DNA of 64,000 nt from a virus. Lineage: Duplodnaviria; Caudoviricetes. Under the pieces are notes generated by a model, which was given only the letters and a program-made list of their open reading frames with translations, was not told the origin of the DNA and did not search any database. Shown piece by piece: positions 1 to 14,700 of the stretch (positions are counted from its first letter, which is position 1; the number at the start of each line of letters is the position of its first letter). The position numbers and the translations under genes were made by a program. Location: the IMG/VR virus record IMGVR_UViG_3300031857_000007; one strand, written 5' to 3'.

Positions 1-1199
1 ACATAATTAATACTTCTATTTTGTAATTTTTTAGTTGTCCTAGGCTTTTCAAAATCAATAAAAGTTGGAGATATGGTTTCTATCTCATATCCTCTAACAA
101 AAGCTTTTAGTGGAGATATTTTGTAAGTACCAAGATCCTCTGAAGGTACTTTTCCATCATATGTTATCTGATCTTCTGTAAATAACCCATTGTTGCCCTT
201 AAGATCGTTTAATGATTCTTGTACACTTAGTTTTGGTTGTACTACATAATAATCACCAGACTCTTCATAAGTCCTTCTGGCAAGTTCTTTTTGTAAAATA
301 TTATATTGTGGAGTATTAGATACTGATCTAAGAACACCATTCTCAACTTCTAGAAGTTGAACAAAATTTTCAACATCTTTTACACCTAAAGGAACCTTAG
401 AAATTACTGCTTTTATAGATAATCTATCGGCACCTGGAGCAGAATAATTCGAAAATCCCTGTGCATTATCATTCAGCGATTTATCTTTATCTGAAGTAAT
501 AATATCTTCAAAGATTTCAAATCCAACTTTATAACTAGGAGTATTTGAGTATTGGTCTAATAGTATTGTTTGTTCTGGTACTTCAACAAAACAACCTCTT
601 AAAAAGTAAACTCCAGAAGAAATTATAACCGCAGAAGAAGGTGAATTACAATCTACAGAAATTGTGGACGCAATTCCCTCTCCATCTTGAAATATTACTG
701 ATTGTTCTCTATTTAAAGAACTTTTTGTTGTTAGTGCCCCTTCAATTAATAAAATTTCTCCATCAGCAAATCCTTCATAACTATTAGTTTGAGAATCTGA
801 ATTTAAATAGTTTACATATAATGTATTATTTCCTCGATCCGAATTTGTAAAGTCTAGTACACCAATTACGGTTGCTCTTACTCCAGAATTCTGGCCCCTA
901 AGAGTTCTTCCAATTAAACTTGGCAAATATGCAATAACATTGGTTCCCAAATACAAATTCTGAAGTTCAACAGCTTTATAACTATCAACATAGTTTACGC
1001 CACCAGGAATTACAACAGAACCTTCCTTGAAAAAATGATTTCCAAATTGTTCAATTTGATTTTGTAAAATGGATTGAATTGTTGTTAATTCTCTAGCTTG
1101 TACAGGGTACCCTGGTTTAAATAGTACCCTATAGTATCCATTTATTGCATCAAAATCATCAAAATAAGGTGATACATTGAGATTAGTTTCCTGGGGCAT
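1..1199 (-). CDS. Large virion structural protein, DUF4815/VrlC-like (5' part only; runs off the window)
   Basis: Not in the ORF track. Manual translation from ATG at 1199 gives MPQETNLNVSPYFDDFDAINGYYRVLFKPGYPVQARELTTIQSILQNQIEQFG, a typical N-terminus of this T4-like cyanophage family; it follows gp8. Confidence 0.8.
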   Translation of the reverse strand, partial: MPQETNLNVSPYFDDFDAINGYYRVLFKPGYPVQARELTTIQSILQNQIEQFGNHFFKEGSVVIPGGVNYVDSYKAVELQNLYLGTNVIAYLPSLIGRTLRGQNSGVRATVIGVLDFTNSDRGNNTLYVNYLNSDSQTNSYEGFADGEILLIEGALTTKSSLNREQSVIFQDGEGIASTISVDCNSPSSAVIISSGVYFLRGCFVEVPEQTILLDQYSNTPSYKVGFEIFEDIITSDKDKSLNDNAQGFSNYSAPGADRLSIKAVISKVPLGVKDVENFVQLLEVENGVLRSVSNTPQYNILQKELARRTYEESGDYYVVQPKLSVQESLNDLKGNNGLFTEDQITYDGKVPSEDLGTYKISPLKAFVRGYEIETISPTFIDFEKPRTTKKLQNRSINY

Positions 1200-1205
1200 A
1201 ACCGT

Positions 1206-2759
1206 TTAGAATTGCAAAATAACTTTTATATCTTCTTTTTGATTTGAAGACCTTGTTATTGAAGGTCTATTGTCAACATAAATTATATTTCCAGAATATT
1301 TTTTAACTTCTGGATCAGAAACTCCATCGACAAAAGTTTGTCCAAGATAATATGTCCTACTATTTATTGTAGTTGAGACACCACTAAAACTTGTGTCTAT
1401 ACCTAGATTGACACTTCCTCCATAAATTGTTAGCGAACCTCCGGATATTGGATTTGCACTAAATTCATTCATATCATATCCATAGATTGGTGTCGTATTT
1501 CTTGATCCATCACTATTAAAACCAACAAGAGTTCTATCTTGCCAGTATTTAAGAACTCCAGTGTCTTGGTCATAGAAAACAACCCTACCAACAGCCGTTA
1601 TGCCAAGACCTATAGTTTGAGTAATAAAACTATTTTCAGTAAAGACCGCTGTGCTATATCCACTACCAACAAGTTTTAATGCTGACAAACAACTTGCTTT
1701 AGATAAAGTCAATATTGAATCCGAATTAAAACTTTCTGGATTTTCTATAATTCCAATTCTAGCAATCTTATTGCCTACAACAAAATCTGGATTTTGTATA
1801 TCATTTTCAATTCTAGAATAAATTAAGATATTGTATGCGCCCAGTTCTCGGTATATGTCATATCCATGTCCACCTTTTGGTGGAATTATTAAATCAAACG
1901 TTGGTCTTGTAGAACCAGTTGGAACATTTCCAGATTCCAAATCAATTGTTCCGTATGTATATCCAGATCCACCTTTAGTTATCGTAACAGTATCAACTTT
2001 AGAATCATTATTGACCACAATAGTAGCTTCTGCTCCAGATCCATCACCCTTAATAGGAACCCTGGTATAAACTCTATTTGCAGTTCCTATACCAATACCT
2101 CTATTGGTAATAACTGCAATTTTTAGTTGACCACTAGTAGAAGCATTGTCCCTAACTGCAAAATTTTCTGCACTATTTTCCCAATCTGTTGGAACGGGAA
2201 TAAAATTAATAGAATCAAATTTTACAATGTCACTTGGTTTAATTGTATAGAGATATTTCCACACATATCCATCTCCACTAGAACCTGCAGATCTTGGTTC
2301 TAAGTCCGTAAATGTTGGTTCGTCTAAAGATGGTCTTCCTGTAGGATTTTCTGGATCTGTTCCATTATGTAGACAAATATACACTCTAAAATCACTATTT
2401 ACAACATAAAAATTTGAAGAATATATACTAGTAGCATTTGAAGGTTTAGATGTATTTGTCCTGCTAATATCATGACGATACATATCATAAGTGGTTCCGG
2501 AAGACCATGTTATTTTTCTAACCACTTGACGCACATCGTCACTTCCAATTTTTTTTAATGCTACGATAGTATCCCAATAATCGGATTCTTCGTTAAAATT
2601 ATCTTTAGGTGCAAGTGGTGAAGTATCCCAAGTGGAACTATAATCTGTTGCATTGGTCAAACCAACAAATGCATAATAAGAATTTGCTGAGGAAGTTGCT
2701 GCAGAAACAAAATTTTTTGCATTTAATATTCTAAATTGATCAGTTATAATTGCAGACAT
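1206..2759 (-). CDS. gp8: Baseplate wedge subunit gp8
   Basis: 517 aa with RKITWSSGTTYDMY, FYVVNSDFRVYICL and DGYVWKYLYTI motifs; lies in a gp25-gp6-gp7-gp8 run. Confidence 0.85.
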   Translation of the reverse strand: MSAIITDQFRILNAKNFVSAATSSANSYYAFVGLTNATDYSSTWDTSPLAPKDNFNEESDYWDTIVALKKIGSDDVRQVVRKITWSSGTTYDMYRHDISRTNTSKPSNATSIYSSNFYVVNSDFRVYICLHNGTDPENPTGRPSLDEPTFTDLEPRSAGSSGDGYVWKYLYTIKPSDIVKFDSINFIPVPTDWENSAENFAVRDNASTSGQLKIAVITNRGIGIGTANRVYTRVPIKGDGSGAEATIVVNNDSKVDTVTITKGGSGYTYGTIDLESGNVPTGSTRPTFDLIIPPKGGHGYDIYRELGAYNILIYSRIENDIQNPDFVVGNKIARIGIIENPESFNSDSILTLSKASCLSALKLVGSGYSTAVFTENSFITQTIGLGITAVGRVVFYDQDTGVLKYWQDRTLVGFNSDGSRNTTPIYGYDMNEFSANPISGGSLTIYGGSVNLGIDTSFSGVSTTINSRTYYLGQTFVDGVSDPEVKKYSGNIIYVDNRPSITRSSNQKEDIKVILQF

Positions 2760-2779
2760 TTTTAACGTTTTTTATTTAT

Positions 2780-5700
2780 TTATGAATTATAATTAAAGTA
2801 TCTCAATGGATTTAATCTAATTAAAATTGGATTAGTTGACAAACCAGTTGTTCCATTGTTATTGTACGAATTAAATGCTGTTGGATTAGTTCTGCTATTT
2901 GTAGAAACTTTTCCCCAACTATAATTGCCATAGTATCCTGTGTTAGCAATTCCTGTTAACCCATTATAAGAAGAAACTGAAGTTATGACTCTTGAAACAT
3001 AAGTTACACCTATACCAGGTATACTTCTTGTTACATTAGAAACAGAAATAACCTCATAAACATTGTCCAGAAACTCCGTGCCAACGCCAACGATAGATTT
3101 ATCTCTCCTTAAAGAAGTTACACCATTTCCAACATTTGATTTATTTACTACGAAATAATATCCAGTAGAAATTCCACTAATTGTTATTGCTGTTCCTACA
3201 ATCGAAGAATTTCTCAATATTGAATTTTGTGGAATATAGAAATCAAATGCAATAGCAGTGGAAGCAACTCCAACTACTGAAGTTGTTGCAACACCAACAA
3301 TTCTTCCAAAATCACCCTCATATGAAACATATTCAATAATCTCTGAAATTGGTTCTGGATCTTCAATTAAAACAACAGGAGGATTTGTTGTTGTATATCC
3401 AATTCCACCATAATTTATTTGAATTGAAGTTACTACTCCCGCAGAAATAAATGCATTTGCAGAAGCTCTTAGAGTGGTGCCCAATCCGACAGGATTTGCA
3501 ATAGTAACTGTTGGATTTGTTGAGTATCCAATTCCGCCACTTGTAATATTAATAGAACTTATCGTTCCTGCAATTGATACTATTGCGGTACTAGCAGCCG
3601 ATACTTTTTGATCTTGTGAAGTCAATTTGACTGTGTAGTAGATTGAAGAAGATGTATTCTCCTTAGCACTATCAAAGAATGACTTAACACTTTCCACAAA
3701 AATAAATGTAGATCCTACTCCAACACTTTGTATTATATTTGTTGATGGATTTACTAAGGGTTCATACCATTCTCTGTTTTTGGAAATTTGTATGCCGTCA
3801 ATAATAACATCCTCTGTTTGTCTGCACCAGATTACAGGTCTTAAAAGATTTCTATTTGAAGAAACACCAATATTAGAATATGGGTTTGTCAAAACACTAT
3901 CCGAAGAATTAACTCTTGTGACCAATCTATTTGTTTGATTTAAACTAAGATCTTCACTATAAATTCTTAACTGATCTCCAACTTTAACAGTTTCTAAAAT
4001 ATCAACAGAAACTACATCGACACCTTCAGTTCCCTTATAGAAAAGAATTTTAGAAGTATCTCCTGCTCTAGGTGCTTCTACAAACTTGATAATGCTTCCA
4101 CCTTCAAATATGTAGGATTGTCCTGGTGTTTGTAAAATATCATTTATAAACACTAGCAGTGTAGATTCTACATTAATGTTTGATCCTTTTTTGGATCTTA
4201 TTGACTGTTGAACTCCATCAATTTTTATTGGGAAAGTATTAACTTGACCATCAAATAATTCATCTATATTATCAATAACTTGAAAACTTCCAAGAGACCA
4301 ACCATTAAACTGGTCATTATAAATTCTATCGATTGATAATTCAAATGGTTGAAGATTCTTTGTTATATCTGTTGGAATGCCAGTGGATCCACCATACTCA
4401 ATAGTTAATTTTTCACCCTGACCGTATCCATACCCATTATTTTGTATCTCAAAGTCAATGATACTTGATCCTTGTCCAACTACAATACTAATAGTTGCTC
4501 CAGTACCAAATCCAGGAGTTGAATTTGTGGAATAAACTAAAGGAATATTTGAATATGATAATGGAGAATCAAAAATTACCTTTGGTGGATTACTTGAAGT
4601 ATATCCAATTCCAGGATTTGTTATTGAGACACGAACAATATTTCCATTACTAACTGAAGCAAATCCAACATAGGTTATATTTGTAGAAGTTAATGATTCT
4701 GTATACACACCAACATTAACAGTTGTTTGAATTCCAGATCTATATCCAGATCCACTATTTCCAATACTTATTGCTGAGATTGTTCCTGCAGAAGAAACGA
4801 TTGCAGTTCCACCTGCAGCAACAAGAGGTTGATATCCAAAACCTTTAGTGGAACCAACAGAAACAATCTGTCCTCCGAATGGTAAATTTGTGCTAGTAAT
4901 ATCATCTGGATCATATGATCCATTAAATGTTATTGAAGTTATACCTGCATTTTCTGTTAATGTATAGTCTCCTACAATATCAACTACTCCAAGTCTTTGT
5001 GGTCCTTGGAATATTTGATTGATCAGAATTACCGCATTATCTGAAGAAATTCCTGAGATATTTTTGCCTTCTGATCTTAATGTAAATGTTGACTTAATTC
5101 CAGTAAACCCTTCAGAAATATCGTCAAAAATATAATTTTTACTATAAGGATCACTTGTAGAATTTGTAGCGGAAGACCTCATAAAAGATCTACCACTAAA
5201 TGTTGAATGAGTAGTTATTCCTGTATAGTCTCTATCATCTGGTCTATTACTATCAGTTCCTATAGGAGATTTTCCATAAGGTGCTTTAAAGAAATTAATA
5301 GTATTTCCAACAATATTATAATCTCCTAATATCTTTTTAATTAAACTGCCAACAGTGTGAATTCCAATATTTGTACCCATCCAACCACGTTGGACTTGTA
5401 CAATATTAGTACTTCCAAGTCCTACAGTATTCAATCTCATAATTTCATCATCGACCATAATTAAGTCATCGCTGAAGAATGAAGTAATTCCTGAGAATTT
5501 GACTCTATCATCAACGATTTCAACTGTTTTCGCGCATGTCGTAGTAATAGAAGAACCAACAATAGGAGATTGAATTACATTATCAATTGTCACTAATACT
5601 CTAGAATTTTGTCTCTTAGAAGTAAATGAGTGAACAGTTCCGATACCAAGTGAATTTAATTGCAGTGGAATTGGAACAGCCTTTAAAGCATCTGTTGCAG

Positions 5701-8700
5701 AAGCAGCAACTCTTATATCTAAGTCACTTACTTTAATTGCATAAATTGATCCTGGCAATTTATTGGTTATTCCTATTCCGGGAATTGATATTGCAGTTGT
5801 AATTCCAATAGATTGAGTATTTCCAATTCCAGGAGAAGAATATTGGAGTTCTTCGCCAGTAACAAAATAATGTTCTGGAATTCTTATAGTATTATTTGTA
5901 ATATTAACAACGCTTGAATCGGTGCCGTCAAAATAACGCTTAAAGATTTCTCTACCGCTGCTAGTTAATTCAAAAGATCTTCTAACATCTCTTTCAGTAC
6001 CTTCATATGATCCATAATTACTCTTTATAAATCCATTATTCAAATCAATATTATTTGTTGCTATTCCCTCATCCAATGGTTTCATTGCAACTTGGAATAT
6101 TCTAACCTGTGCATTAATATTTGGATTTGGCGTAAAGTATAAATTAGTTTGATTTCCTGAAATGTCAGATCCAAAAGTTCCAAGTCCACTATGAGTTTCT
6201 ACAATTCCAAATTCTGTAATTGAGGTTGTATTGAAAACTGTCTCATCAACAACAACCAATTCTGAAATCTGATATCTACTATTGGTTGTATCTTCGACAG
6301 AAGCAATATAATATGCACCAGAATAATCACTAGAATAACTTGAAACTAAGTTTTGAGTTGGGGCAGATGTAGAAGCTATAGAGACATAATTAGAACTTAA
6401 TGAAGATGTGCTCAATATTGCAGTTCCTGTACCAACAGAACCACTTGTATTTGCCGCAAAAGATATTGCCATAGTGTTTATGGTTGCAGCTACTCCTGGA
6501 TTTGGTATAAATTCTACTATTAGTCCAGGACCAGACAAATATGCATTATATGTACCCAGACCACTACTTGCATATGCATTTCTTGAGTGATTTGTAATTT
6601 GACCATATTCTAAGAGATCTACATTTGTTCCATCGTGAATAGCAGTTAGTTCATCGTATTCATATATGTCATTATTAGATTCTATTTGTACTAATATTTT
6701 TGTTGAACGATATGTAGATGCTATCGATACGATTGTTGAGGGAGTGGACGAAGAAGCATTAACATTACTGGTCGATAATCTTATAATATCTCCAAAATAA
6801 GAGGTAGAAGTTGCTGTAACGTCGTCTTTTAAATTAAATGACAGAAGACTAATATTATAGTCATTAACTGTATACTTAGAAGGATAAAATAGTAAATTGC
6901 CCTCATCGCCATTTACAGTGAAGTCAAATGATCCCAGATCTTCTAGATAACTTTCGACTCTTCCGTATTGATTTAAATACCCAAAATCATTATCATATAG
7001 TAAAGAAACTAATAGAATTTGTCTATCCGAACTAAATCTCTTATCTCTTACATATGTAATATATTTTCTAGATCTGGAGTCATTCATTCTAAATGTATCA
7101 ACAATAGAAAATGGAGTTGATCTAGGAACACTCTTGAATGTGTCACTAAAATCATCTATCTCTAATACTCTATTTCCTATTGATTGGAGATAATCTTGTA
7201 TCTCTTTCGATGTAAAGACTATATCAGTTGAAATTATATTATTATCATTATTGATCGTTTCTTCAAAAACTAAATCATAATCGTAAATGTGATTTAGATT
7301 AATTGTAGAAGAAAAATCGCAGATTCCATAAAAATCTCCATTATCTTGAGAGGTTTGTATGCCAACATAATCCAAATCTCTTGTTTCTATAACAAGATCG
7401 CTAAATTTCTTGTATCCAACAACGTGATTTAAATTACTTACTGGTGTATTCCAGGTTTCATATGGTATTTCTGATTTCAATGAGTATGAAAAATATTGAT
7501 AATAGTCATTATCATGAATTTTTTGTAGACTGCTGTTTAAGAATCCAGTTTGTCTCTCCCACCCTTTAGTTACAATAGAAGAAGAATCAATTTCATAAGT
7601 TGCCTCAAAAGACTCTTTATTTGATATTAATCCTTGAGATTTTGAAGATAAACCTCTCAATACAGTATTTGTATAAAATTCTTTGTTTGTGGAAACTTTT
7701 AGAATTTCATTTTTTTGATCCCAATTTTCAACTATTCCGATTGAATCATCTGATACTACAGTCTCTCCCTTAATAAAATTATTTTTTGATAGAATTGCGT
7801 CAAACTTTGGAAAATGTTTTTCTGGGATTATCCTACCCTTTGAATTTATAGGATCATATCTTCCAGGAACTTGCCCTGATGAAATATATTCGGTAAGATC
7901 ATATGTGACAGTAGCATTAATGCCTCCTATATTTGGAGATACTGCTACAACAGGGAATAATCCATAAGAGTATTGTGAGGAATTATAACCTCTTCCTGTA
8001 GATCCTAGACCAACACTAATGTTCTCAATTAGAACTTTATCTCCAACAGAGAATGGGAAGTCTGAAGCATTGCTGTAACTAACTGCAAGTCCAACAGTGA
8101 CATAATTTGTCAATGGATTGTATCCAATTGACGATATTCCAACTCCATTGCAATTATTTACAGGAATAATAATTGGAGGAACGTTACTAATTCCTGTTGT
8201 ATTTTTGAGAATAGTAACTTCTGTATCACCTACTTTATAGAACAAATCAACATCATCAACAATTTTTCTAGTTAATCCGTCTATTACCAAAAGGTCTGGT
8301 GAAACTGCATAATTTATACCAGCAGAAGTTATACCAATCTTTTCAAAAGAAGTTAAAGTTGAAATTTTTAATATTTCTGGTAGTTTTGCTAACGGTCTAA
8401 TTGTAGTATCAGCATAATAATCATAACCAATATCATTTATTATTGACGTTTTAACTTGCCCAATACTTGAACTGTATGGCAAGAGGACAGCTCCAGTTCC
8501 CTTTTCACTTACAATGGTAGAAATTCCTGGAAGTTTTTCGTACTGAGATCCAGTAGTATCAACATCTAGTGCATAAATTTCACCATATGAAGTTTTTGAG
8601 TCAGTATAATATTCAAATAATCCTTCATTTTTTCTGTAAATATTTTTTTCAGGAACAGTTGGCATACTAAAACTAAATGTAGTAGATCCAATTCCCGAAA

Positions 8701-11700
8701 TTTTATATGTTCCAGTATATTCACTTTCATATCGATATATTGTATTTCCCTCTTTAATATATTCTGCATCAATTATTATCTGTGATTTTTCTACTGGGAT
8801 ATTGTCAATATTTACAACATCCAATTTGTAATATATTGTCTGCGGGAAATTTTGTGTTGCATTAATTTTTACGTTAGCTGTTGGATCAATACCAACAACT
8901 CCTTCCCTATAAATTTCAAATTCGTTGGATAACTGAGAAGTTTCAAATTTATTTTTGAAATTTTTATCTAGATAGAAATTCAGTTCAAACGCAGGATATA
9001 AAGTAGAATTTTTGCTATAAGAAAGAGAAGAATCTGACAAATCAAAAATAACAGAAGATCCTTTTAAAATTGCCAATTCTGGGTTTATTGGCGATAATGT
9101 TCCAAAAGAGGAGCTTCCAATACTTACTATTGAAGGTTTTGAAGATACTGATTCATAATAATTTTCGGATAGTTTAATTTTGTTTTCATCTAAAACTACT
9201 GCATAATAAATTTGCTCATTAGTTAATCCTGTACATGGAGAAGTAGATGTATGAATTATCTTTTGTCCATTATTATATCCATGATTATTAATTGTAATAA
9301 TATCATTGACAATATCAACATCCGAAGAAACAAAAGATCTTGGATTTACTATCAGTCTTCTATTGTAATCATTATACTTGACTACAATAGTTGTTGATAT
9401 TCCTGGAGAAGAATTGATATAAACTGAGTCTTTTATGTTTAAACCGTGCGTTGACGCAGTAGAAATGGTGACAATATTTTTAATTCCAGAACCAATAACA
9501 ACGTTGTCATAATTTGTTCTAAAGCTATGTATTGTTCCAGTACCTATGCCAGTAAAGTATAAAATACTTGTAGGTTTGCTGCTATCAATACCAACATAAG
9601 TTCCTGTTGACCCAACACCAACTTTAAGAGTTGATATTCCTATTAAATCATTATTAATCCTTACAGAATAAACTATTTGATTATCTAATAGTTGGAAACT
9701 AGAAGATCCATTTGTTGAAACGGATACTGGTGTTCCTCCGTTAGAAAAATAGACTAGTCTATCTCCAGTTTCCAATCCATGATTCTCATAGTAAATTGAC
9801 CTTACTGGAATAGTTACAGTAGAACTTCCACTACCTGGATTTGAAATGTATGCAGTATATGTTCCAGTTATACCAATTCCAAGCGATTCTGAAGGATTAA
9901 AATAAATTTCCCTGTTTACTCTATACTGGTTAGAAGTATTATAACCAACATTAATGGTAAACTTTCTTGAATTTTCGTATAGGGGCGTTAAAGATGTATG
10001 TGCAGATCCGACAGTATTATCATACTGCCTTAATACTTTAATTCTTGAAGATTTTATATCGACGGACAATACTTTTACTTTTTCGGTACCTATTCCTAAT
10101 ACATCATTTTCTCTAATATTTGGATAAATTAGAGATCCTGAAATATTAAAATATGTAACAATACCAGTTGCAGCTGCACTTCCAATTCCAGATATTAATT
10201 TAAATGTTTCCGATCTAACACCAACTTCATATAAATTTTTTAAACTTGTAGTAGTTGTATTGATTCCTGTTATATAAACATAATCAGAATTTTTAAATCC
10301 ATGGGGCAAACTTGAGAATCCTATGAAACTACCTAACGTTAGATATGGAGAAAACTCTATATTTTCAATTTTATTAGTAGAGCATGATATTTCTTGGATT
10401 TCATTTCCTTTAACCAAAGAAACTCTGGCTGAAGCTCCTCTTCCACCAGTTTCTGTGTTATCAAATACTACCAAATCTCCAACGTTATAATTGATTCCTC
10501 CACTAACAATTCCTACAGATTCTACCGCACCTTTAGTTGCAAACTTAATTTTGGAAGTTTGATTTTGTATATTTGAAGGTTTTATTAAATAATCATAAAA
10601 AGTGTTTTCATTTGTAAGTCCATATGGTGTTGTATTTCTAAACCAATATGTTCCACTTAAATCTATACTATCTTGATTAGCATATCTTGTAAAATTATAT
10701 TCTATTGGTTTGGATCTAAATTTATTTCCTATTAGATATGGGAATTCGGGTTTTTTGTAGTTTTTAAATACTCCAGAAGATTCTACAGTATCAGAATTGA
10801 TCGTAGAGAAATATGCATAAACACCATTGGGATATTCGGGAGTTATACACCATCTTCCATTATATTCGTCCAAATCTCCTTTTGCTTTAAATTCATAATC
10901 CTGAACAAAGAATCCTTTTGGATATAAATCTAAACTTGGTCTAGTAGTGGGCAAATTCTGTATTATTTCATATCCAGATATCATTTGCTTAACTGTTCCA
11001 GATCTAGATCCAACTTTAGTAAATCCATAAGGACCATAAATTGGATTTCCGTCATATGCCCACCCAATAATTGGTGAGTGAGATGAAGATTTAACTTCCT
11101 TATCATTAATCAGAATTAAATCTGGTGTATAATTTAAATTGCCATCAACAAATCTTGAAGACAATAATGTTTTTCTTAAGCTTCTTGGTGAATATATGTG
11201 AGTATATTGTAATCCATAGTCACTATTAAGACCAGAATCTACTATCCCGTCATCATTTGAGATTTTATTATTTTGGTATAATTTTTCAAATAAATTAATT
11301 GTCCATTCTTTAATCTTTGCCTCAAATTTTGCTTCTTGCCCTCTAGACAATACAATCGCTGTTGTATTTGAAGTATTAAATCCAACTCCACCATTAATTA
11401 CTTTCACTTCTGTTAATTTTCCATCATTAATTATTGGAGTCATTAAAGAAGAATAACCGTCTCCATAATAAATTATTTCTGGAGTCGAATTATAATTTGC
11501 GCCAGAATTATTGACTAAGACATCAACAATTTTTCCATTTGAAACAATTGGTGTTATTTCCGCACCATCGCCATTAACAAGAGTAATTTGGGGTTGTCTA
11601 TTATATCCAATAATATCGGAACAACCATATCCAACTCCACCAGAATCTAAGAAAACTGATTTAATTTCCCCTAAAATAATAGGTCTAATTTTAGCATTAA

Positions 11701-14700
11701 AATCTTGTCCAGATTTTGTAGAAACTCCTATCACACCATTGATTAAAATTTCAATAGGTGGGTAGTTAAAGTAATGATTATCATCATTATTTGATGTCAA
11801 ATTGACAAATTGATTTGTTTCATAGAAATATCTAGATAATGTACTTCCAATTCCCACTTCAGATAACTTAAATTTATCATCGTCAATTTTAGATACAAAG
11901 TATTTTTTAGAAGTTGATAATCCACCAATAGGGTTTATTGACTCATAAGTTATGATATCTCCCTCATTATACCCATGATTTTTTGCAGAAATTTCATTTG
12001 AATATGTGTTGATTCCAGATCTAGTAACTGATATTTTTCTATTGGTAAAATTATATCCAGCGTTTAAAATATTAATAAATCCAATTCTATTTTTTGGTGA
12101 ATATGATCTGAATCTATGATTACCAATACCATATGATGTCAAATTGACAGTATTAATTCCGATAATGGCATCATTTTGAGTTTTATGTAATTTGACTGTA
12201 TATGCGTCCTCTACATAAACATAATATTGAGAATCTGTAGTCAATCCGCCAACAGATTGCTGCTTATCTGTTCTGTAAATAACCCTTTCAGAATCTCTAA
12301 ATTTATGATAAGTTGAAAATGCTATAGTATTATTTGACAAGTCTACCATGTTGGCATTTGATGATGAATTAAAATCAACATAATGCTCAAATGAAGTTAA
12401 AGTTGCTTTGGCAGTTGCTTCCTGCCCATTTAAACCGCTAATAGTTATAATTGGTTCTGATATATAATCAAACCCAGGATCTATAATATCAATTCTTTCT
12501 AAGGTTCCGACAACTGAACAAAATCCAGTTGCGCCAACACCAATTTTATCTGTTATTTGTAAAATTGGGGGATTTACTACATCATAATCGTATCCTCCAC
12601 CAGAGACGATAATTTCTTCTAGTTCTCCATAAAAAATACTATCAGAAGATTTGTAATTTAATACTTCAACACCATTAACTAAAATTCCAATTGCTCCAGG
12701 CAAAGTTTCGTAAATATTGCCATCGTCTTCGGGATCTGATATTTTTCTTATAATTTTTTGAGGTTCAACTTTCTGTGAATTGAATTTGTAATATTCAAAC
12801 TTATTGTTTACGACAGTTCCATTAACACTTACAAATTTATTATTGTCTATATTAGATCTACTTTTGGATAACTTTATTGTATCCTCATCAATTTTTTTGA
12901 CATAATATATGCCATTAAGAATATCCAATCTATTATTCTCGTCAGACTCATTATACCAGATTGCTTCTCCGGTATAAAATCCATGTCTAACAATTCTTAA
13001 TTCTTCTCCAGAAAAAGAACCAGAAAAAGTAACTGATAGATCATTAATGTTGAGTGGTTCTTCATGATAAGTTGGTAATGATGGGGAAGTTACAAATGTA
13101 GAATCCAAATCCGTATATACATTTTGTATATTTGTAGTATAGAGACTTAGTTCTGGTTGATTTGTTGAATTTACTCTTGAAAGAGATTTTTTTACATTAA
13201 CTATTAAATTAGTTGGTGGTATTAACCCTTGCCCTTTAATTATGCAAGAATTTCTATTTTCTATCGAATAAATTGTTGTTTTTATGATAGAACCATCAGT
13301 CAACAATAATTCTAGAATGTCCCCAATGTTGAAAATATTTTGATCTATTGTTGCCAATCTATAAGTATAATCTGTAGAATCGATAAGATCTAAAGATTTT
13401 ATTGTATAACTTGGGCATATATTAAAGATCCAATTATTATCTCTAAACTTTTTAGAGTCATATCCTAAAGTTTTAATTCTTACGGTATCATTTTTTGCAA
13501 AATAATAAGTGTTATCAATGATATCTAAATCAGAAAGGACCCCTGTTACTCTAAACTTTATTATTTGGTTATTTTTTCCATATCCATAAGCATATGCGTC
13601 CACATTTAAGTCGGATCCTGCAGGAATATTTTGATCTATTCCATAGCAATTATACAGCTGAGTTAAACTTTTACCAGAGTATCCAATAGAAACTGTAGTT
13701 CCATTGTCCAATTTGGTATATAAAATTGCTTCAGTGGGAAATGATACTGTAGAATCTACATCAATAAATGTGGCTCCTATTGAAACATTATTGAGTATTT
13801 TTGTTCTTGGGTGTATCGAAAATTCTCCAAATATAGATCCATTGAGTCCAATATCTTTTTGGTAATCATAATCAAGACTAAGAACATAATATTCTTTTCC
13901 ATCTCTTAAAATCTTTTCTATATTATTGACAACACCATTTGCTCCATTGTAAAGATCACCTTGTTCCTGATATATCGTTCTATTCAATAGTTCGCTTAGA
14001 TCTTCGCCTTCTAGAGACTCTACAACTAAATTTCTAACTACTCTATACTGAGCATTTGAAGGCTCAATTAAATAATCTTTTGGTTTTATTACTTCAACGT
14101 CTACTCCATATAGGGCTTTGAATAAAATTTTGTACGATTGATCAGTTCCTTTTGAAGTATAAAAATCTTTTGAATTTGTAATGAAAAGTTCTTCGTTTAA
14201 ATTCTCATAAAATTCTCTACCTTCAAATCCAGGAACAACTTGTTTTTTTATTTTGTTGAAAAAGTCTTTAAGAAATCTTATACTTAAATTACTTACTGTA
14301 GATCCACTAGCATGTGTTGCTATTCCTGATTGAGAGAATATAAGTTGATCTAAATTAGTATTTCCTTGATATGTTGTAATACCACTAAATCCTCTAGCGC
14401 ACCCAACAAATTGATTTGTTGTTATTCCAGTATAGGTAATTATTTCAGAATCAATTTGAATCAATCCATAACTATCAGGAAATCCATATGTGGATTCTAC
14501 CTCAATAACATCTCCCAAAGAATCGATGTCATTAATTAGAACAGTAGAATCTGTAAGATTGGTTAAATTTTCCAATTTTACATATTGATCTATGTTCTGA
14601 AGTATATCAGATACTCCTCCCTTAGCATCGAGTGATTTATAATACTGAGATAGAAATTCCGCGACAAGAGGATACTCATCGCGTACAAATAATGGAAGTT